A stretch of 59,201 nt of DNA, the filler included. It is 6 parts of 6 records of this genome, joined end to end, with 100 filler letters (N's around TTAATTAATTAA, not from the genome) between each part and the next. Parts side by side here need not be neighbours in the genome. Positions count along the whole stretch, not along the records: positions 36,940 to 59,201 come from SRR2962707_2468; 5 more parts are not named here. The stretch is one strand, 5' to 3'. Below are positions 53,101 through 59,201 of the stretch, piece by piece; within the stretch, counting starts at the first letter, position 1; the number at the start of each line of letters is the position of its first letter. The notes below the pieces were generated by a model. The model ran no database searches. It was not told the origin of the DNA and saw only the letters and a list, made by a program, of their open reading frames with translations. Position numbers and translations under genes: made by a program.

Positions 53101-53594
53101 GCTTCATTGTCCGAGACACCTCCGGCAACAGCCTGACAACCCAAAGTGGCTGGTACCTGGATCTGGCTTATAACGGGAATAAGGTAGGCGAACGGGTGAT
53201 CAGTCGTGCCACCTTCCCATTTGGTGTTAACCCGGATCGGGTGCGTTTCACGACCGTTATTCCAGACCGCGACCCCTGTGGCAGCGGACGAACAGGGTTT
53301 CTGATGGACCTCAGGCTGAGCACCGGTGCGCCCTCAGACACGGCAGTTTTCGACCTGAACAGCGACGGAAAATTCAATACCGGCGATATTACCGGGGGGT
53401 ATGCGCCCAGTGGTATCCAGGTTGGGTATGGTGGCGAAAACCGGACCATAGCCACGTCCGACGGTGACGCGGAGATCGTCATTCCGGGGCTGGACCCGAC
53501 TCAGTTGTCACCCGGCGATCCATGCGAGGATGGCTTATGCGCCAGATCGCTCGACACAAACATCGGAAGACAGACCTGGGAGCAGCTTCGTTAA
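50190..53594 (+). CDS. pilY1: Type IV pilus tip adhesin PilY1 (vWA + beta-propeller)
   Basis: DDSGS MIDAS, GTPL, MTDG; ANDGILHAF, GEELFGYIP, YFMDG, GNGYN, GDLLGNLWRFDL, C-terminal RQTWEQL. Confidence 0.95.
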   Translation: MKKIFRKRLQSRKLSKLTTFGVSAAFSILTVQSAIAQVNLSQVPLFLKESVDPNLVFIFDDSGSMGWRFMPDDLSGRAGNNYYYSSHVNKIYYDPSVTYTPPYKPDGSSRYPNSSYTNAWVNGFDQSEGADDLSSYIRFDQIGSIEEGFYMQFNSSTSCDSNPRQNSCYTAVLLNNASAEEKQNYANWFSYYSTRALAAKSGITEAFFDLPENIRVGYGAINVNGRTIDGVNTDTLVSGVRPYTAARRQTFLTWLHGKSINGGTPLRTALKDVGQYYSRTDNLGPWGEVPGTNDNTSHIECRQSFSILMTDGIWNGSSPQVGNIDGTGGPTYNNPDPNGKNFTYQAVSPFSDSYSNTLADVAMKYWKTDLRTDLANKVPVSSTDPAFWQHMTTFTIGLGVTGDIKEADALAALDSSKNITINWPEPGADQSPDNIDDLLHAAINGRGGYASAQNPTEFTTEIQGFLGDVIARSETSASSAAVSSAVLRTDSLGFFAGFRSQDWSGTLTAFNFDQGSEAWNAEEVLASTQPQARKLITHNGSAGVELEFASASSLSNLSTAQQNALNADPTLNSTQDNLGHNRIAWLHGDNNAHPTLRDRLVQDDGGASVLRLMGDIINANPQFVGKTNYGFARLPDPEGVAYRNFRSTSSYQNRVDALYVPANDGILHAFNSETGEELFGYIPSELLLPSGSKTYARISELMQPNYTHKYFMDGTPRVQDAYIDKSGGGTQSWRTVLLGGMGIGGKTVFALDVTNPGSFSPSDDVLWEFSHPNLGYGVTDPQISRLGDGTWVALFGNGYNGDSGQSSLFVVDLETGTLIKEIQTGAGSATSPNGLASVTVTSFPETDPVTRYAYGGDLLGNLWRFDLTGRVSNWSATKVFTAQSPAGNSQPITVAPRVALNPNDSDELVVAFGTGSFLRSGDEGDYDIQSLYAIKDDLNKSGLARSDLLEQTITKQESISVSKASGNGSNSFIVRDTSGNSLTTQSGWYLDLAYNGNKVGERVISRATFPFGVNPDRVRFTTVIPDRDPCGSGRTGFLMDLRLSTGAPSDTAVFDLNSDGKFNTGDITGGYAPSGIQVGYGGENRTIATSDGDAEIVIPGLDPTQLSPGDPCEDGLCARSLDTNIGRQTWEQLR

Positions 53595-53632
53595 GAAGCT
53601 GGTCCCAAAACTGATTCAACCTAGAAACGGGA

Positions 53633-54022
53633 TTGACCATGAAGAATCCGTTCAAGCTTCTCGGCGTTCGCCGAATCAACAAGAAAACCCTGGGCAGTTT
53701 AGGCGCCCTATTGGTCGCGATATCCATTTCTTCCGGCCTTCAGGCTCAGGAGGAGATCGCTGACGGCACACCTATGAATACAAATGATCGTTTTTACGAG
53801 GGGGCCATAAACGCCATCCACGCTGAGGAATCCATCCTGATCGTCGATGATGAGTCCTTCACGCTCGACAGACTCGTCCAGTTCAGGAATACCGTCTGGT
53901 CACGAGAACAGGTGCTGCAGCAAATTCAGCCAGGAGACTCCATCAGACTGGAACTGTCGCCCGATACTGCGGGCGGCTCGGGGCCAACAGTGGCGGTGGG
54001 TCTCAGCGTTATACGCGATTGA
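53633..54022 (+). CDS. Small exported protein at the pilY2 position
   Basis: Signal peptide (LQA|QEE), short beta-rich mature part; lies between pilY1 and pilE. Confidence 0.65.
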   Translation: MTMKNPFKLLGVRRINKKTLGSLGALLVAISISSGLQAQEEIADGTPMNTNDRFYEGAINAIHAEESILIVDDESFTLDRLVQFRNTVWSREQVLQQIQPGDSIRLELSPDTAGGSGPTVAVGLSVIRD

Positions 54023-54059
54023 TCCGCCAAAACACATTCCAGAGTAAGGATCTATTACC

Positions 54060-54464
54060 TTGAAGATTCAATCGAATGCCGGTTTCACATTGGTCGAGCT
54101 CATGATCGCGGTTGCAATCATCGCGATCATAGCTGCAATAGCCCTGCCGCTCTACCAGAACCAGGTGGAACAAACCCGACGAACCACAGCCCAGGCAGAC
54201 CTGTTGGAACTGGCCCAGTGGATGGAAAGACGCTACTCAAACGGCTTTGACTACAGAGATGGTGGCAATAATCCAGTATTGCCCTTCACGCAATCGCCGC
54301 AAACAGGCACAGCGTTTTATAACATCAGCTTTTCCGTGAACGCGACGCGCGACACCTATACTCTGCAGGCGGTCCCCACGGGTGCTCAAGCCAATGATGA
54401 TTGCGGCACGCTGACGCTGAACGATGAAGGCGTCAGAGGCGCAGCCCAGGCGGGCTGCTGGTAA
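54060..54464 (+). CDS. pilE: Minor pilin PilE
   Basis: G|FTLVELMIAVAIIAII...P.Y, MERRYS, YTLQAVP...Q..D.CGTLTLN, terminal CW. Confidence 0.93.
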   Translation: MKIQSNAGFTLVELMIAVAIIAIIAAIALPLYQNQVEQTRRTTAQADLLELAQWMERRYSNGFDYRDGGNNPVLPFTQSPQTGTAFYNISFSVNATRDTYTLQAVPTGAQANDDCGTLTLNDEGVRGAAQAGCW

Positions 54465-54493
54465 CATCAAAACGAATTGATAGCCCTTCAGGT

Positions 54494-55447
54494 TCAGTCG
54501 ATTTGAAGGGCGTCAATCCTCAGTTCTTTCGGCATCGAGAAGACAATGTTCTCCTCCCGGCCGGAGACTTCCTCGGGTTCTTCCCCGCCCAACTCCTTGA
54601 GTCGGGCAATCACGTCGGCAACCAGCACCTCCGGAGCCGACGCTCCAGCAGTGACTCCTACAGCCTTCTTGCCCTCAAGCCATTGCGGCTCTATCTGGGC
54701 AGCCTCATCAATCAGGTAGGCAGGCGTGCCCATGCGTTCCGCCAGTTCCCGCAGGCGATTGGAGTTGGAGCTATTGGGAGAGCCCACCACCAGAATCAGA
54801 TCACAGTCACCGGCCAACTGCTTGACCGCGTCCTGCCGATTCTGGGTGGCGTAGCAGATGTCGTCTTTGCGGGGGCCTTCGATTTTCGGGAATTTCGCGC
54901 GCAGGGCGTCGATTACCCGTGCGGTATCGTCCATGGACAGCGTGGTTTGGGTAACGAATGACAAACGGCTGGGGTCTTTCACTTCCAGCTTTTGTACGTC
55001 GGCTTCGTCTTCCACCAGATAGATGTCGCCGCCGTTACTGTGATCGTATTGGCCCATCGTGCCTTCCACTTCCGGGTGTCCATGGTGGCCAATCAGGATG
55101 CACTCGCGGCCATCACGGCTGTAACGCATCACTTCCATATGCACTTTGGTGACCAGCGGGCAGGTAGCGTCGAACACTTTCAGGCCGCGCCGGGCGGCTT
55201 CGTTCTGTACCGCCTGGGATACGCCGTGGGCACTGAAGATCACCAGTTTGTCGTCGGGCACTTCGTCCAACTCGTCGACAAAGATCGCGCCCCGGTTGCG
55301 CAGGTTGTCTACCACGAATTTGTTGTGAACCACTTCGTGGCGCACGTAGATGGGCGCTCCGAACACGTCCAGCGCGCGGTTTACAATTTCTATGGCACGG
55401 TCTACGCCGGCACAGAAGCCACGGGGGTTAGCGAGTCGAATGTGCAT
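54494..55447 (-). CDS. ispH: 4-hydroxy-3-methylbut-2-enyl diphosphate reductase
   Basis: [38 protein letters not shown]. Confidence 0.97.
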   Translation of the reverse strand: MHIRLANPRGFCAGVDRAIEIVNRALDVFGAPIYVRHEVVHNKFVVDNLRNRGAIFVDELDEVPDDKLVIFSAHGVSQAVQNEAARRGLKVFDATCPLVTKVHMEVMRYSRDGRECILIGHHGHPEVEGTMGQYDHSNGGDIYLVEDEADVQKLEVKDPSRLSFVTQTTLSMDDTARVIDALRAKFPKIEGPRKDDICYATQNRQDAVKQLAGDCDLILVVGSPNSSNSNRLRELAERMGTPAYLIDEAAQIEPQWLEGKKAVGVTAGASAPEVLVADVIARLKELGGEEPEEVSGREENIVFSMPKELRIDALQID

Positions 55448-55449
55448 AA

Positions 55450-55902
55450 TCAGTGTGTCGGCCCTGCTGGTTCAACGTCGATAATCTGAACTTCAAAGCT
55501 CAGTGTATGCCCTGCCAGCGGGTGATTAAAGTCCACATCCACCTGGTCACCTTCTACCCGCTTGATCACACCAGGCAGTTCCTGCTGGCGCGCGTCGGCG
55601 AAGGAAATCACCACACCCGGCTCCAGAACCATGTCAGCACTGAATTCGTGGCGCTTGAAGGTCTGGATATTGCTGGGGTTGTGCTGGCCGAAGGCTTTTT
55701 CCGGCGGCACTTCAAAGGTTTTATGGTCGCCGGCTTTCAGGCCCATCAGGTAGGCTTCGAAATTTTCCGGCAGGTTTTCATCACCGATTTCCAGGGTAGC
55801 CGGCTCTTTGTCGAAGGTGGAATCCACAGTTTCGCCGTCTTCAAACTTCAGGGCGAAGTGCAGTTTTACTCGGGTTCCCTTATCGATGGGCAGTTCTTTC
55901 AT
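55450..55902 (-). CDS. fkpB: FKBP-type peptidyl-prolyl isomerase (SlpA/FkpB)
   Basis: [19 protein letters not shown]; conserved ileS-lspA-fkpB-ispH order. Confidence 0.93.
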   Translation of the reverse strand: MKELPIDKGTRVKLHFALKFEDGETVDSTFDKEPATLEIGDENLPENFEAYLMGLKAGDHKTFEVPPEKAFGQHNPSNIQTFKRHEFSADMVLEPGVVISFADARQQELPGVIKRVEGDQVDVDFNHPLAGHTLSFEVQIIDVEPAGPTH

Positions 55903-55907
55903 GGGGT

Positions 55908-56429
55908 TCAGTTGCTCCTGTCAGCATCGCCGCTGGCACCAGCGGGTTTGCGGAATGCATCGATGATCATCATGGCAGCACCAATGGTGATAGCGGTGTC
56001 GGCCAGGTTAAAGGCCGGGAAATGCCAGTCCTGCCAGTAGAAATGCAGGAAGTCCACCACGTAACCATGCACCACCCGGTCGTATACGTTGCCGATGGCG
56101 CCACCAAGGATCAATACGATGGCAATCGCGGTCCAGGTTTCATCGGCTTTGAGTTTTCTCAGCCAGCCCACCAGCACCACACTGACCACGACCGCCAGGG
56201 CGACAAAGAACCAGCGCTGCCAGCCGGCGGCATCGGCCAGGAAGCTGAATGCCGCGCCAGTGTTGTGCAATAGCGTCAGGTTGAAACTGGGCAGTACCGG
56301 TACCGGGTCACCGTAGGTCAGCATAGCCGTGGCTATGGCTTTGGTGCCCAGGTCAATGGCGATGACCAGCAGCGCCAGCCACAGCCATTTCAATTTACTG
56401 CCAGTGCTTTCAGTCATGACCGCATCCAT
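55908..56429 (-). CDS. lspA: Lipoprotein signal peptidase
   Basis: [36 protein letters not shown]. Confidence 0.97.
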   Translation of the reverse strand: MDAVMTESTGSKLKWLWLALLVIAIDLGTKAIATAMLTYGDPVPVLPSFNLTLLHNTGAAFSFLADAAGWQRWFFVALAVVVSVVLVGWLRKLKADETWTAIAIVLILGGAIGNVYDRVVHGYVVDFLHFYWQDWHFPAFNLADTAITIGAAMMIIDAFRKPAGASGDADRSN

Positions 56430-59201
56430 CAGGCGTATGCACGGGTTTCACCCGGGCCTTCCACATTGGTCACGCAACGGCCACACAGATCGCTGTACTG
56501 CTCGTTCTGCCCCACGTCTTCACGGTGGTGCCAGCAGCGCTCGCACTTGGCGTGAGTCGCCGGGGTCACCTTCACCAGCAGACCTTCCAGGTTGGTTTGC
56601 TCTACGCCGGCCGCTTCGCTCACCGGCCTAACGGTGGCTTCAGAGGTAATCAGCACAAAGCGCAGCTCTTCACCAAGATAGTTCAGTCGCTCGGCCAGGC
56701 TACCTTCGCAGTAAAGAGTCACTTCCGCGCTCAATGAGCCTTTGATTTCACCTCGGGCACGGACTTCTTCCAGGCACTTGTTGACCGCCTCTTTCACAGC
56801 GTAGATTTCACGCCAGTAGTCACGGCCTAACTCGAAGCCCTCAGGCAGCGCAGTCAAGCCCTCGTACCAGGTTTCGTAGAACACGGTGTCGCCGCGCCTA
56901 CCCGGCAGGTGCTGCCAGATTTCATCAGCGGTGAAGCTCAGGATTGGCGCAATCCAGCGCACCAGGGCTTCGGCTACATGATAGAGCGCGGTCTGGCAGG
57001 AACGTCGCGCCAGGCTGTCAGCCTGGGTGGTGTACTGGCGGTCCTTGATGATGTCCAGGTAGAAGCCACCCAGGGTGGCTTCACAGAAGTTGTACACCTT
57101 CTGGTAGATCCGAAGGAAGGCATAGTTGCCGTAGTCTTCATGCAGTTCGTTCTGGAGCTGCAGGGCGCGGTCGACCATCCAGCGATCCAGGGCAATCATG
57201 TCTTCCGGCGCGACCATATGCTGGTCCGGATCAAACCCGGTCAGGTTGCTCAACAGGAAGCGTGCAGTGTTGCGGATACGGCGATAGCCGTCTGCAGTCT
57301 GGCGCAGGATATCCTTGGAAACGCTCATCTCACCGCTGTAGTCGGTGGCAGAGACCCACAAACGCAGGATGTCTGCACCCAGCTCGTTCATGACTTCCTG
57401 TGGGGCGATAACGTTACCCAGGGACTTGGACATCTTGTAGCCCTTGGCATCCACAGTGAAGCCGTGAGTGAGCACTTGCTTGTACGGCGCCACGCCATTC
57501 ATGGCAATGGAGGTTTTCAGGGATGACTGGAACCAGCCACGATGCTGGTCAGAGCCTTCCAGGTACATATCGGCCGGGAACTGGCCCAATTCTTCACGTA
57601 CCCGCAATACAGAGTCATGGGTGACACCCGAGTCAAACCAGACGTCCAGGGTATCCAGCACTTTTTCGTACTGGTCAGCATCGGCGCCCAGCAGTTCGTT
57701 CTGGTCAATGTCGTACCAGGCATCGATGCCGCCGGTTTCCACCGCCTGGGCGACTTTCTCGATCAGCTCCTGGGTGTTCGGGTGCAGCTCCTGGGTTTCC
57801 TTATGGATAAACAGGGTGATCGGCACGCCCCACGTGCGCTGACGAGAAATACACCAGTCCGGGCTCTGCTCGAACATGGCCTCGATGCGATTCTGGCCCC
57901 AGGCCGGCACCCAGCGCACGCCTTTGATGGCTTCCAGGGCATCGGCGCGCAGGTTAAGCTTGTCCATGCTGATGAACCACTGGGGCGTAGCCCTGTAGAT
58001 CAGCGGGGTCTTGGTGCGCCAGCAGTGCGGGTAGCTGTGGCGGAATTTTTCCGAGCGTACCAGCTTGCCTTCGCGTTCCAGCGCGGCGCATACCGGCTCA
58101 TCGGCCTTGTATACGTGCACACCAGCGAATTCGCCGGCCGCGTCGGTATAGGTGCCGTCGGCTTTCACCAGGTTGAGGGTGCCAATGCCGTATTCCTTAC
58201 CCACCACGAAGTCTTCCATACCATGGTCAGGCGCTGTGTGTACTGCACCGGTACCGGCGTCCAGGGAAACGTGGTCACCCAGCAGCACAGGCACTTGCTT
58301 GTCGTACACCGGATGTTGCAGCAACTGGTTTTCCAGTGCGGAACCGGAGACGTTGGCCAGCACTTTGTAGTCTTCCACACCCCAGCGAGCCATGATGCCC
58401 TGCACCATGTCCGTGGCCAGAATCATTCGCTCAGCGCCGTGGCCGACATCTAACTGTACCAGTGCGTATTCAATATCGGCACCGATGGACACCGCCTGGT
58501 TGGCGGGAATCGTCCAGGGAGTCGTGGTCCAGATCACCAGGGATACATCGCCCTCACCTTCGCTGGTTCCGAAGGTTTTCAGTACGGCGTCCTGATCCAC
58601 GACAGTGAAGCGCACGTCAATCTGGGTTGAAGTTTTGTCCTGGTATTCAACTTCGGCTTCTGCCAGTGCGGACTGACCAACCACACTCCAGTAAACCGGC
58701 TTGAAGCCCCGCACCAGGTGGCCCTTGGCGACGATCTTGCCCAACGCCCGGACAATGCCCGCCTCCACTTTCGGATCCATGGTCAGATAGGGCTTGTCCC
58801 ACTCACCCATCACGCCCAGGCGGATAAAGTCGGCCTTCTGGCCTTCGATCTGTTTGGTGGCGTAGTCTCGGCAGGCTTGGCGGAAGGTTTTGTAGTCCAC
58901 CTTCACGCCGGCCTTGCCGATTTCCTGCTCAACCTTGTGCTCGATGGGCAGACCGTGGCAATCCCAGCCCGGCACGTAGGGTGCGTCGTAGCCCATGAAA
59001 CTGCGGGATTTCACGATCATGTCTTTCAGGATCTTGTTGACCGCATGCCCGATGTGAATGCTGCCGTTAGCGTAGGGAGGGCCATCGTGCAGGATGAACT
59101 TCTCACGACCTTGGCGCTGCTTGCGCAGATTGCCGTAAACGTTCAGGTCCTGCCAGTGTTTGAGCATGTCCGGCTCGCGCTTGGCCAGGTTACCGCGCAT
59201 G
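56429..59201 (-). CDS. ileS: Isoleucyl-tRNA synthetase type 1 (first few codons beyond window end)
   Basis: [18 protein letters not shown]-terminal Zn finger CERC...CGRC. Confidence 0.98.
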   Translation of the reverse strand, partial: MRGNLAKREPDMLKHWQDLNVYGNLRKQRQGREKFILHDGPPYANGSIHIGHAVNKILKDMIVKSRSFMGYDAPYVPGWDCHGLPIEHKVEQEIGKAGVKVDYKTFRQACRDYATKQIEGQKADFIRLGVMGEWDKPYLTMDPKVEAGIVRALGKIVAKGHLVRGFKPVYWSVVGQSALAEAEVEYQDKTSTQIDVRFTVVDQDAVLKTFGTSEGEGDVSLVIWTTTPWTIPANQAVSIGADIEYALVQLDVGHGAERMILATDMVQGIMARWGVEDYKVLANVSGSALENQLLQHPVYDKQVPVLLGDHVSLDAGTGAVHTAPDHGMEDFVVGKEYGIGTLNLVKADGTYTDAAGEFAGVHVYKADEPVCAALEREGKLVRSEKFRHSYPHCWRTKTPLIYRATPQWFISMDKLNLRADALEAIKGVRWVPAWGQNRIEAMFEQSPDWCISRQRTWGVPITLFIHKETQELHPNTQELIEKVAQAVETGGIDAWYDIDQNELLGADADQYEKVLDTLDVWFDSGVTHDSVLRVREELGQFPADMYLEGSDQHRGWFQSSLKTSIAMNGVAPYKQVLTHGFTVDAKGYKMSKSLGNVIAPQEVMNELGADILRLWVSATDYSGEMSVSKDILRQTADGYRRIRNTARFLLSNLTGFDPDQHMVAPEDMIALDRWMVDRALQLQNELHEDYGNYAFLRIYQKVYNFCEATLGGFYLDIIKDRQYTTQADSLARRSCQTALYHVAEALVRWIAPILSFTADEIWQHLPGRRGDTVFYETWYEGLTALPEGFELGRDYWREIYAVKEAVNKCLEEVRARGEIKGSLSAEVTLYCEGSLAERLNYLGEELRFVLITSEATVRPVSEAAGVEQTNLEGLLVKVTPATHAKCERCWHHREDVGQNEQYSDLCGRCVTNVEGPGETRAYA

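Overview
This is not one genomic locus. It is six unrelated contigs joined by artificial 100-nt spacers (44 N + TTAATTAATTAA + 44 N), so gene neighbourhoods cannot be read across spacers. Contigs 1 (1-6362), 3 (11950-20926) and 6 (36940-59201) look like Marinobacter-type gammaproteobacterial core genome. Contig 1 carries folX/folE, a diguanylate cyclase and znuBC. Contig 3 carries aspS, fabR, ugd, galE, tadA and guaAB. Contig 6 carries clpB, pgeF, rluD, bamD, nadE, pilSR, the fimT-fimU-pilVWXY1(Y2)E minor-pilin cluster, ispH, fkpB, lspA and ileS. Contig 2 (6463-11849) is a type I restriction-modification operon (hsdM'-S-R). Downstream of it is a ~230-nt non-coding segment with an IncP/MOBP-like nic motif and a nested, strand-biased fold, possibly an oriT plus single-strand signal (a retron-type ncRNA is the alternative). 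Contig 4 (21027-31392) is from a Hyphomicrobiales, probably Devosia/Pelagibacterium-like, genome: topA, rnr, rpmG, pleD-divK and a dinB operon. It contains an unannotated EcpR1-like cell-cycle sRNA with its own promoter between pleD and rpmG. Contig 5 (31493-36839) is Rhodobacteraceae-like: tandem M20 amidohydrolases, an LPS core glycosyltransferase, waaA and moaA. Best leads: the oriT-like/structured element next to the R-M genes, the EcpR1-like sRNA, a repeat-flanked in-frame insert in hsdR, an apparent 4-codon deletion in galE, a GRxR-bearing FimT, and a PilY1 lacking its canonical Ca-binding loop. All family and taxon calls come from recognition of motifs and gene order; no database search was run.
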